Positions 48,582 to 57,266 of a stretch of 64,000 nt of DNA are shown one piece after another. The notes under the pieces are model-generated. The model searched no databases, had not been told where the DNA came from, and was given only the letters and a program-made list of their open reading frames with translations. The position numbers and the translations under genes are program-made. The stretch is from Promethearchaeota archaeon. Lineage in GTDB: Archaea; Asgardarchaeota; Lokiarchaeia; Sigyniarchaeales; SOKP01. Location: assembly GCA_019058245.1 (NCBI GenBank), contig JAHPZJ010000014.1, forward strand, positions 1 to 64,000, written 5' to 3'. How positions within the stretch are numbered: position 1 is the stretch's first letter; the number at the start of each line of letters is the position of its first letter.

Positions 48582-49189
48582 ATATCCTTTAATCGAGCTT
48601 CAATATCATCAAAATTTATTTTATATTTTTCTCCATTTGAAGTGATATTAATCCACTCTGTTAACCATTCACAATGTTGTGGATTGAAATTGTCAAGGTT
48701 AGTATCATTACACTTATCCCTAAAAGGGCATATGAAGCATGGTTGCCTAGAAAACATATTCCAAATAAAATCTTTATTATTTTTATTAATTTTTAGTTCA
48801 TTTACCTTAACGTCAATTTCTTCAAGTGCAAATATATGTTTGGTCCAAGAAGCATCAATTAATTCTCGAGTCATCTTGATTTTTGATTGTAATACTAAAA
48901 TATCTAAAATATTTTCTAATTCATTACGTCTCTTTTTGCTTAATTCCAAAAGACGGGTAAATAATATATCTTTTTCACGGTTTATTATATCTAGTATTAA
49001 TTTTTCATCTTTTTTTAGTGTGCGATTGAATTTTTTCTTTTTTTCTTCTATTCTTTCAATTCTTCTTTCCACATAAGATTTCTCTTCTAAAGGGCCTTCA
49101 ACATGCTCTTTTATTTTACATTTATGACGTGATAAATAGGCAAAACTTTTTCCACAATAAGGACAAACTTCTTTTTTTTTTTTTGCCAT
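48578..49189 (-). CDS. RPC34/TFE-beta-like protein (winged helix + C-terminal Fe-S motif) with an N-terminal C2HC zinc finger
   Basis: PCFICPFRDKC...NPQHCEWLTEWI matches the RPC34/TFE-beta 4-Cys motif; central wHTH-like region; N-terminal CPYCGKSFAYLSRHKC. Confidence 0.75.
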   Translation of the reverse strand: MAKKKKEVCPYCGKSFAYLSRHKCKIKEHVEGPLEEKSYVERRIERIEEKKKKFNRTLKKDEKLILDIINREKDILFTRLLELSKKRRNELENILDILVLQSKIKMTRELIDASWTKHIFALEEIDVKVNELKINKNNKDFIWNMFSRQPCFICPFRDKCNDTNLDNFNPQHCEWLTEWINITSNGEKYKINFDDIEARLKDI

Positions 49190-49376
49190 TGTAATGATTA
49201 GGTTTATTTTGATATGATATATTTAACTATTAAAATTAAATGGACAATGATATTATCAATATGAATAGTTTAAAATTAATTTTATGTTTTTTCAGGAATT
49301 AACTTAAATTTCTCATTAATTTTATATTGTTAATTTTAAATTGTATTTAAACTATTGAGTTCATTCATAAATAACA

Positions 49377-50204
49377 ATGACTATTAATAAATTATTAGGA
49401 ATTGGTAAAGATAAAATAATTAAATTACAAAATTTTTATAATCAATCTGCAGTAAAGAAAGAAAATCAGTATATTTTAACTTCAGGAGCTAAGAATTTTG
49501 ATGAAACTCTAGGAGGGGGTTTCTGTAAGGGTAAAAAATATTTGATATTTGGAGCAAATAAGACCGGCAAGACTCAATTGTGTCATCAATTATGCGTCCA
49601 AGCTTATTTCCAATTTTCTGAGTTAATTGATGAGCCTGGAATTGAGAATAAGCAGTTTATTTTTTATTTTGATACAGAAAATACGTTCCGTCCTGAAAGA
49701 ATTAAGGAACTTGCCATAAAATATGATTTGAAACTTGAAAAATTGTTAAAAAGTATTTTAGTATCCAAAATTATGAGCAACTCTGCTTTTTTGCTTTCTT
49801 TAGATGAACTTAAACATTATATAAAAGATAATTCTGTCAACATAATAATTATTGATACTATAAACAATTATTATAATTCTGATTTAGCACAAAAAGAGAT
49901 TACTAATAGTAAAGCAAAAGAAAACTTTTTTAAAATTTTAACAAAAATTAACGAATTATCATTACATAATAATGTCATTGTAATAGCAACAGCACAAATA
50001 ACTTCAAATTTGAATAGAAACGCCCCAATTAAAGTGATGCCTATTGGTAATTATATTTTGAATCATTTTTTTTCAGAGTATCTTTATTTAGATTATAAAG
50101 AACAGGATAAAAGATATATCCAATTAGTAAATTCATTAAATCTTCCCGAAAAAAAATTATTATACCAAATTTCTACTTCAGGAATTCAAGATTATAAAAT
50201 TTAA
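49377..50204 (+). CDS. RadA/Rad51-like paralog
   Basis: FDETLGGG, GANKTGKTQLCHQL, FDTENTFRPERI, IIIIDTI; short HhH-like remnant LLGIGKDKIIKL. Confidence 0.85.
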   Translation: MTINKLLGIGKDKIIKLQNFYNQSAVKKENQYILTSGAKNFDETLGGGFCKGKKYLIFGANKTGKTQLCHQLCVQAYFQFSELIDEPGIENKQFIFYFDTENTFRPERIKELAIKYDLKLEKLLKSILVSKIMSNSAFLLSLDELKHYIKDNSVNIIIIDTINNYYNSDLAQKEITNSKAKENFFKILTKINELSLHNNVIVIATAQITSNLNRNAPIKVMPIGNYILNHFFSEYLYLDYKEQDKRYIQLVNSLNLPEKKLLYQISTSGIQDYKI

Positions 50205-50206
50205 TT

Positions 50207-51079
50207 TTATTTTAGACAAACTTTAAAAAACTCTTCTATAGAAAGATATGTAAAATTATCCACAATAATATCAGAATTAACAAAATAAATTGGATTTATT
50301 ATCATTTTCTTTAACCATTGGATTAATTCTAACGCATATTGAAGCTTTTTTACTTTAATGGAATTTGCTTCTTGATTTTTTTTTATACTTATTTTAGAAT
50401 ATTTCCCGACAATCTTACCAAAATCCATTCCTATTAGAAATAATCTATGGAATGGAGCAATTAATGTCCGCAGAAAAAAAAGTATTCTATCACCATCAGT
50501 AAAACCACCTGGATTAATTATATTTGATAAGGGCTCAACTTGGGTGGTTCCTATAACATTTTCGAATTTTATTATATCATCTTTAAAATATCTTAGTTTT
50601 TTAATATTATCTCCATGAGCATGTATAATACTAAAACTAGGGTAATAAAATTCTTTTTTTGTAATTCCATCTAAATCTGTAAATATTGCATCAATTTTTA
50701 TTCCCTTTTCTCTTAATAAAACTGAAGCACCATCTGCGGCTAAAGTAATAAAATTTTCAAAAAATAATGATCCCTCTTTTTTAAAAATAATATCTACGGT
50801 TTTTTCTAATGATGGACCACATCCAAAAACTAGAAGTGATGGTTTTGTTGAAATATTTTTTTTAAATAGTTTTAATATATTATTTAACTTCCAATTTTGG
50901 CTTTTATTTAAAAATATAGTTGACAAATAATCACGAGCTTCACAGTCCTTATTATAGTCAAATTTGAAATCCTTTCTTATTTGTTCATATTTATATTTAA
51001 ATTCTTTATAAAAATTTAGTTGAACTTTTAGCTTAGAACTCATATTGCCAAAAAATTTTAATTTATTAAAATCAATCAT
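50207..51079 (-). CDS. mptE: 6-hydroxymethyl-7,8-dihydropterin pyrophosphokinase (DUF115)
   Basis: GCGPSL, AADGA, FTDLDG, HAHGDN, GTTQ, NPGGFTDGDR, LIGMDFG. Confidence 0.88.
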   Translation of the reverse strand: MIDFNKLKFFGNMSSKLKVQLNFYKEFKYKYEQIRKDFKFDYNKDCEARDYLSTIFLNKSQNWKLNNILKLFKKNISTKPSLLVFGCGPSLEKTVDIIFKKEGSLFFENFITLAADGASVLLREKGIKIDAIFTDLDGITKKEFYYPSFSIIHAHGDNIKKLRYFKDDIIKFENVIGTTQVEPLSNIINPGGFTDGDRILFFLRTLIAPFHRLFLIGMDFGKIVGKYSKISIKKNQEANSIKVKKLQYALELIQWLKKMIINPIYFVNSDIIVDNFTYLSIEEFFKVCLK

Positions 51080-51164
51080 AAAATTTTAAATTATTACCTT
51101 AATTAATAAAGACATACTAATCAATTCAATATTATTAAAATTCATAAATTTAGTAAAAAAGAGT

Positions 51165-51566
51165 TTGATGAAAATGACTAAATGGTTTACCAAAACACAT
51201 CAATGGTTTGATGATGCCACAAAAATGGTTGGAATTACTCCTTTTGCTGCAGAACAGCTTGGAGAAATTAGTTTTGTTGATGTAGAAGGCCTTGAAGGTG
51301 CTACTCTTGAACAAGTTAAAATGGATGGAGATGAACCTTCAAGTGACCCAATTGATTGTACTGTTGAATCAAGTAAAGCTGTTGGAGATATTTATTCACC
51401 AGTAAGTGGTAATGTAATTGAAGTTAATTCCGATTTGATGGATGAACCTGAGAAAATTAACGAAGATGCTTTTGCTGCATGGCTATTTAAAATAGAACCA
51501 TCAAATTGGGACGGTGAAAAAGGCAACCTATTAGATGAAGGAGCATATAACGCCCTAATAGGTTAG
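51165..51566 (+). CDS. gcvH: glycine cleavage system H protein (lipoyl carrier)
   Basis: HQW, VGITPFAAEQLGEISFV, VESSKAVGDIYSPVSG (lipoyl Lys), PEKINED...WLFKI. Confidence 0.92.
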   Translation: MMKMTKWFTKTHQWFDDATKMVGITPFAAEQLGEISFVDVEGLEGATLEQVKMDGDEPSSDPIDCTVESSKAVGDIYSPVSGNVIEVNSDLMDEPEKINEDAFAAWLFKIEPSNWDGEKGNLLDEGAYNALIG

Positions 51567-51768
51567 AATATAAAACTTATTATATCTTTTTTCTAATTTT
51601 TTTTATCTTTTTTTTCTTTTCTTAAATAATTCCAAGAGAATTTAATAATTTGAGTTATTAATAGCAAAAAAATATAGCTTTAATTTATCAAATAAATCTG
51701 AGAATTTTTTAAAAATTATTAACATATTAAATTAAAAGTGGAGAAAACGCCATTTTCCTATTTAAAGG

Positions 51769-52269
51769 TTAAATTTCACCCATTTTTACAGCTATCATAT
51801 ATTGGAGCATTATAAATGTTATAATAATCATTACCATTCCAATTACTAAAATCCAAACAGCCATTCTTTTATTATACACATATTTAGATGCTTGAAATAA
51901 TGCAATAAAACCAATAGAACAAAATAAAATTAAAATAGAGGCCACAATCCCTTCAATAATAAAACTTTCATGGATATCTTTATAGATAAGCACAGGATTC
52001 CCTTGGCTATCTCCCCCTATTGCAGGAGGGTCTCTAACCATAAAATAAACTACACCAGTTTGAAGGATAAATAATATTATTAAGATGGTAATTATACTTA
52101 GGGATCTTGAAGGTGATGGAAATGAAAGTCTTGGAAGTTTTAACTTAGGAAAATTAATCTTTGGTCTCCTTAATGATTTTCCAAAAACCCAAGGTGTTTT
52201 ATCTTTAATCTTCTCAAAAATAGTTTCAGAACCAATAATTTCCTCTTTTTTTGATCCTACTTTCTGCAT
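51769..52269 (-). CDS. OSTC/DC2-like (OST3/OST6 family, TM-only) oligosaccharyltransferase subunit
   Basis: Three TM helices; LQTGVVYFMVRDPPAIG and FIIEGIVASIL...IGFIAL resemble DC2 LITGGIIYDVIVEPPSVG and YIMEGLASSFL...LGFIIL. Confidence 0.75.
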   Translation of the reverse strand: MQKVGSKKEEIIGSETIFEKIKDKTPWVFGKSLRRPKINFPKLKLPRLSFPSPSRSLSIITILIILFILQTGVVYFMVRDPPAIGGDSQGNPVLIYKDIHESFIIEGIVASILILFCSIGFIALFQASKYVYNKRMAVWILVIGMVMIIITFIMLQYMIAVKMGEI

Positions 52270-52338
52270 AGGCTATGAAATAAATATTAAAATAAATTTA
52301 ATAAGTTTTTCAAAGAAGTTCAAAATTACTCGTGGAAT

Positions 52339-53835
52339 TCAATTTAATTTTCTGAGTAAATTAATTAACAAATCCCAGACTTTTGCAACTGACTTAATGA
52401 GTAAACGTTCATCTGGTGAATGCGCACCTTCATTTGTCGGGCCAATTGAAATCATTTCCATTTTAGGAAAAGTTTTTTTTAAAATTCCACATTCTAAACC
52501 AGCATGAATTGCTATAATCTCGAATTCTTCATTAAATAATTTCTTATATGTTTCATTATATTTTTTTAGTAAGTGTGATTGAAAATTTGGAGTCCATCCT
52601 GGATAATCAGAATCTTTTATAATCTTTATTTCTAAACCACTTAAATCTAATAAAATTTTTGTTTTTTCCCAAATTACGTTTTTAAAATATTCACTTAAGC
52701 TTCTTTGGCTTACTTTAAGTTCTATATCATCTTCTCTTGTTGTTATTGTACTAAAATTTGAAGAACTAAATACTAATCCTTCAATTCGAGGATGCATTGA
52801 TAATGGACCGTTAGGTATTAAGTACATTATATTTAATAGATTATCTTGAATATTTTTATTTAAAACCTTATTATTACTATGTGAATCTAATCTCTCTAAT
52901 GATAAAGTTAGATTGGGTTCAATCTCATCGAAAATTACCTTTATCTCAGTAAATAGAGTTTCTATAGAGGATATAATCTCTGAAGATTGATCTTGCTCAA
53001 CATATAATACAGATTCAACTTCTCTAGGTATAGCATTTGGTCTATTTCCCCCATCAATTGAACAAACATAAATTGAATATTGTTTATTTAATTTCCAAAG
53101 AAGTTGACCCATGATTTTTAACGCATTTCCCCTTCCTAAATGAATATCTCCTCCTGAATGACCTCCTCTTAATCCAGATATAAAAACTCTAATTGCTGTT
53201 AATTTTTGCTCTGGCAAGTTTAATTCTATCACATTTTTTTTTATTTCAATAATATGTACTAGACCACCTGCACAACCTATCGTTACTGCATTATCCTCTT
53301 CTGAATCGAGGTTTATCAAGAAATCCCCATCTAAAAACTCTTTTTCAACTTTAAATGCCCCTCTAAGACCCTGTTCTTCATCAACAGTAAATAACAAATT
53401 TAAATCTAATAAGTTAAAATTTAATTCCCTCTTACAAATCTTTTTCATCAAAGTTAAAATATAACATATTCCAACACCATCATCAGCTCCTAAAGTAGTT
53501 CCATCTGCTGTTAGCCATTTATCATTTTCTATTTCTTCAATTTTTAATTTTAATGGATCTCTTGAAAAATCATGAGATACTGATTCATTTTTTTCACAAA
53601 CCATATCCATATGACATTGTAATACAACGGTTGATTTTTGCTTTACTTTAGCAGGTACTATAACAACTAAATTTCCAACAGAATCAATTTTATATTTAAA
53701 TCCCAAACTCTCTGCTTCCTCCTTTATAAATGATCTTATTTTTTCTTCATGCTCAGAACATCGAGGAATTTTAGAAATTTTTTCAAAATAATCCCAAAAT
53801 TCAGAGGGTTCTCCTAAATCTTTTAAATTTAGCAA
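52339..53835 (-). CDS. pepD: aminoacyl-histidine dipeptidase (M20C)
   Basis: IPRCS, LQCHMDMVCEK, TTLGADDGVG, TVDEE, NLDSEE, GGHSGGDIH, IHAGLECG, HSPDE. Confidence 0.93.
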   Translation of the reverse strand: MLNLKDLGEPSEFWDYFEKISKIPRCSEHEEKIRSFIKEEAESLGFKYKIDSVGNLVVIVPAKVKQKSTVVLQCHMDMVCEKNESVSHDFSRDPLKLKIEEIENDKWLTADGTTLGADDGVGICYILTLMKKICKRELNFNLLDLNLLFTVDEEQGLRGAFKVEKEFLDGDFLINLDSEEDNAVTIGCAGGLVHIIEIKKNVIELNLPEQKLTAIRVFISGLRGGHSGGDIHLGRGNALKIMGQLLWKLNKQYSIYVCSIDGGNRPNAIPREVESVLYVEQDQSSEIISSIETLFTEIKVIFDEIEPNLTLSLERLDSHSNNKVLNKNIQDNLLNIMYLIPNGPLSMHPRIEGLVFSSSNFSTITTREDDIELKVSQRSLSEYFKNVIWEKTKILLDLSGLEIKIIKDSDYPGWTPNFQSHLLKKYNETYKKLFNEEFEIIAIHAGLECGILKKTFPKMEMISIGPTNEGAHSPDERLLIKSVAKVWDLLINLLRKLN

Positions 53836-53931
53836 TATCGTCCCTTATAATTAAAATATATATAATTATTCATTTATAATAATTATAAAATAACACAAAA
53901 TTCTTTATAACTTTAGTTAAAGGCTAATTAA

Positions 53932-55059
53932 ATGAGTTGGAAAGATCTATATTCAGAAGTAAAAAAACGTAAAATAGAAGCACTAAATAAAAAGGATGTT
54001 GTGCAAGCTGTTGAAAAACACGGAAAGATTCTAGCTGTAAGTGGAAGATATGAAAAGCCTAAAAAAGTAATTGAGCATATGTATGCATCCTTGAAGAAAA
54101 TTATCAGAGAAAAAGATATTATGAAAGAAGAGCTTTCTCAATATGATGTAGTGCTTATCGGGTGTCCGGGTAGTGATATTCCTTATGCCGCTCATCCAAA
54201 AGTTAGAGATTTTGTTATGAATGGTGGATGGTTGATAACCACAGACTGGGCTATACGAAGTATAATTGAAAATGTATTTCCGGGTTTTATTCGTTGGAAC
54301 CAAGCTAAAACTGCTGATGCCGTAGTTGCATGTCAAATTAATGAACCAAATCACCCGTTCTTAGAGGGTGTAATTAGTGAAATTCAACAAAGTAAATGGC
54401 AAAAACAATCCGCTAAAAATACAAAAAAAAATGAATTTCGTTGGTGGTTGGAGACAAAATCATTTCCTATTCAAATTTTAAATCATCAGGCTGTAAAAGT
54501 ATTAATTAGTTCATGGGAAATTCAAAATAAGTGGGGTGAATCCCCCGTACTTGTGGAATTTGATTACGGAAAAAGAGCTGGAAAAATAATCCACATGATT
54601 AGCCATACTCATTTACAGAAAGGTGGAGCTAAAGGTAAATATGCCTCTGCGTTAATTTTAACAAATATTCTAGATGAAAAGGTGTCTCAAAAAATGGGAA
54701 TAAAAGAAAAACCAACCTCTAGATATGTCTCAGATTGGCAACAAGTTCAGCCTCAACAGCAGTATAATCAACCGCCTTTAGAAGAACAATGGATTGCACC
54801 TCCATCACAATCAGAATACTTAACACCAGCTCCAGAAGGTAGTGGGTTGACAGAAACGTCCCAAATAATTGAGATTGATACAAATAATCCTAGCTTCTCA
54901 TTTACTAATAAGTGCATTTATTGTAATTATGATTTTACAGAATATAAGGGAACTATATTTGCATGTAATGCCTGTAAAACCTTATACCATGAGCATTGCA
55001 TTAATTCCCAAGTTAATGAAGGAATATGCAAAAAATGTAATAGAATATTATTATGGTGA
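53932..55059 (+). CDS. class I glutamine-amidotransferase-like domain + Q/P-rich linker + C4HC3 (PHD/RING-variant) zinc finger
   Basis: YDVVLIGCPG, FVMNGGWLITTDWA; QQVQPQQQYNQPP linker; CIYC-x13-CNAC-x4-H-x2-C-x9-CKKC. Confidence 0.6.
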   Translation: MSWKDLYSEVKKRKIEALNKKDVVQAVEKHGKILAVSGRYEKPKKVIEHMYASLKKIIREKDIMKEELSQYDVVLIGCPGSDIPYAAHPKVRDFVMNGGWLITTDWAIRSIIENVFPGFIRWNQAKTADAVVACQINEPNHPFLEGVISEIQQSKWQKQSAKNTKKNEFRWWLETKSFPIQILNHQAVKVLISSWEIQNKWGESPVLVEFDYGKRAGKIIHMISHTHLQKGGAKGKYASALILTNILDEKVSQKMGIKEKPTSRYVSDWQQVQPQQQYNQPPLEEQWIAPPSQSEYLTPAPEGSGLTETSQIIEIDTNNPSFSFTNKCIYCNYDFTEYKGTIFACNACKTLYHEHCINSQVNEGICKKCNRILLW

Positions 55060-55175
55060 TTGTCCTACAATTATTATTACTCTCTCATCCTTTCTTTTGC
55101 TAAATTAATTCTTTTAATAAATTAAAAATAGAGAATAAAAATAAAAAAAAGAAAAAATTTTTCTTGTTCTAAAAA

Positions 55176-55373
55176 TTAGTTTTCTATAATTTCAATAGCT
55201 TCTTCTGGACATTGAGTTTCACAAGCCCTACATCCTACACAGTCTTCCCTATTTTCTTCAATAACATTTACTTTCCCTCCCTCCGGTTCTCCAAAGCATT
55301 CAGAAGGGCATACTTCATAGCAAGTACCACAACCAGTACAAGCATCCATATCAATATTAATATCAAAGGACAT
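55176..55373 (-). CDS. 2x[4Fe-4S] ferredoxin
   Basis: CTGCGTCYEVCP and CVGCRACETQCP. Confidence 0.93.
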   Translation of the reverse strand: MSFDINIDMDACTGCGTCYEVCPSECFGEPEGGKVNVIEENREDCVGCRACETQCPEEAIEIIEN

Positions 55374-55554
55374 TGTTTTTTAACTCCTTTCAATTGTTTT
55401 TTCTTATGTTAAAAATTATGATTATTTAATAATAATACTAATTTTGATAATAATATAAAAAATATAAATTTCGTTTTTATTAGGAAAAATTATCAATTGA
55501 TTCTTACATTTTAGATTTAGTACAACTCTTTTAATAAAAAATAATTATTTAACA

Positions 55555-56673
55555 TTGAAAGCTAATAAACTTTGGAATTTTGAATACAACGCCCCTATTC
55601 TTGGAATTGAAGTAGTTGATATCAATAACAATGAACAATTAGAAATTATTGCTTTTACTAAAACTGGAAAGTTATTATTCATATCACTTGATGGTAAATT
55701 GTTACATCAAGAAGTAATCTCGGAGAATTCACCACTTTGGCATATGAGAATACATGATATTGATAATGATGGAAGATATGAAATAATAGTAGGCGGTATC
55801 GATGGGATCGTAAGAATTTTTAAATGCACATTTGCTTATAATTTAGAGCCTCTATGGACTCATAAATTTAATTCCTCTATTAGCGGAATTCTAATAGAAG
55901 ATATAAATAATGATAATATCAATGAGTTAATTATATTTTCACTTGATAAAACGCTACGGGTTTTAAATTCCTTAGATGGTAAGTTAATTTGGGCGCAAAT
56001 TTTTGAAGATGGTATAGGAGATGCTATCGTTTTTAAAAATAATAAAAAAAGTACAAGTAAAGAAGTACTAGCGTGTGGAAATGACGGAACTATAAGATGT
56101 TATGATGGGAAAGATGGAAACTTATTATGGTTCAAAAAATATTCTGAAAAATTGCGAGTTATTACTTATATGAACAGAATTAAGGAAATATTAGTATTAT
56201 CTGGAGGAGATGACAAAAAGCTACATTTTATAAACAAAACAACTCAAAATGAAATTAATACATTACAATTTAATAATTATGTATGGAACTGCGTATCATA
56301 TCCATTTCCAATCTTAAATAATGTTCTCGTCAGTTCTTATTCATTTGCTTTTTTTGATGAATCGACACTAATTCAAAATATTGAATTTACTTCGAAGTTG
56401 GTTTGTTTAAATGAGTCTTTTGAAATAAAATGGGAATTAAATGGATATAATATAGAATTTTTAAAGATAATAAAAATTAATAACACACTTCTTATTATTG
56501 CTGGTACTACTAAAGGTGAGCTTTTGATTATTGAAGAACAAACAGGAAAAGTAAAATTTTATAAAAATTTTAATTCTTGTATTAATATGTCTCAAGTGTG
56601 TATAGAAAAAAGGTTACTCTTTAGTTGTCATGATGATGGAACTATTATGGCCTACAAATTTCAAAAGATTTAG
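55555..56673 (+). CDS. beta-propeller protein (WD40/FG-GAP-like blades), no signal peptide
   Basis: Repeats DINNNEQLEII, DIDNDGRYEIIVGGIDGIVRIF, DINNDNINELIIFSLDKTLRVL, ACGNDGTIRCYD, SGGDDKKLHFI, SCHDDGTI. Confidence 0.8.
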   Translation: MKANKLWNFEYNAPILGIEVVDINNNEQLEIIAFTKTGKLLFISLDGKLLHQEVISENSPLWHMRIHDIDNDGRYEIIVGGIDGIVRIFKCTFAYNLEPLWTHKFNSSISGILIEDINNDNINELIIFSLDKTLRVLNSLDGKLIWAQIFEDGIGDAIVFKNNKKSTSKEVLACGNDGTIRCYDGKDGNLLWFKKYSEKLRVITYMNRIKEILVLSGGDDKKLHFINKTTQNEINTLQFNNYVWNCVSYPFPILNNVLVSSYSFAFFDESTLIQNIEFTSKLVCLNESFEIKWELNGYNIEFLKIIKINNTLLIIAGTTKGELLIIEEQTGKVKFYKNFNSCINMSQVCIEKRLLFSCHDDGTIMAYKFQKI

Positions 56674-56725
56674 TATGGTTAGATGTTCAAATTTGAAATA
56701 AAAAAAAGAAAAATATAATTAAAAC

Positions 56726-57055
56726 TTAATCTTCTGCCTCTTCAGCTTCTTCAGCAGCTAATTCCTCTTCAAGTTCTTCTAATGGGACAGGTGCGGGAGT
56801 TGTTAACATGCTGTAACCAATCCAAATAGCAATAATTGAGATAAGTAACACAAGAAGCCACATAGGTGCTACTACAAATAATCTCCAATCAAGCCAATCG
56901 ATTCCAAACAAATTAGTCCATGAATCCCATTCTCCAGTAGCGGGGGCCCAAATTGTAGTGAATAAGAGATCTAAGATTGAACCCATTGTATAAATTATGG
57001 CAATTAAAATGCCAACAATCATTACAATGGCACCAATTATTTTATCTTTTGCCAT
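56726..57055 (-). CDS. two-TM DPM2-like membrane protein with an acidic tail
   Basis: KDKIIGAIVMIVGILIAIIYT and APMWLLVLLISIIAIWIGYSMLTT resemble DPM2 TM1/TM2; ATG at 57055. Confidence 0.55.
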   Translation of the reverse strand: MAKDKIIGAIVMIVGILIAIIYTMGSILDLLFTTIWAPATGEWDSWTNLFGIDWLDWRLFVVAPMWLLVLLISIIAIWIGYSMLTTPAPVPLEELEEELAAEEAEEAED

Positions 57056-57088
57056 GGTTATAACCTTTCCTTTCAACCTTTTTTTTAT

Positions 57089-57108
57089 TTTAACAATATA
57101 TTGTTAAA
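57089..57108. promoter_or_regulatory. perfect 20-bp palindrome in a divergent intergenic region (candidate operator)
   Basis: TTTAACAATA|TATTGTTAAA between the DPM2-like gene and rbsK. Confidence 0.35.
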
Positions 57109-57266
57109 CATACAATATTATGCTTAATATTATTTTTAAAAAATTATTCAATTAAAACCATTCGATCATCCTATTTGATCATAAATAAAATATGTGGATG
57201 ATCCATAAATAAACTATATAGAAATATTAAAAATTATTAGAGATTAAAAAATCGAATACTCAATTT

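Noticed and set aside
49377-50204. Calling this the main recombinase RadA
   Set aside because: It lacks the full N-terminal domain, has a divergent Walker A and lacks the conserved RadA C-terminal motifs, so it is treated as a paralog.
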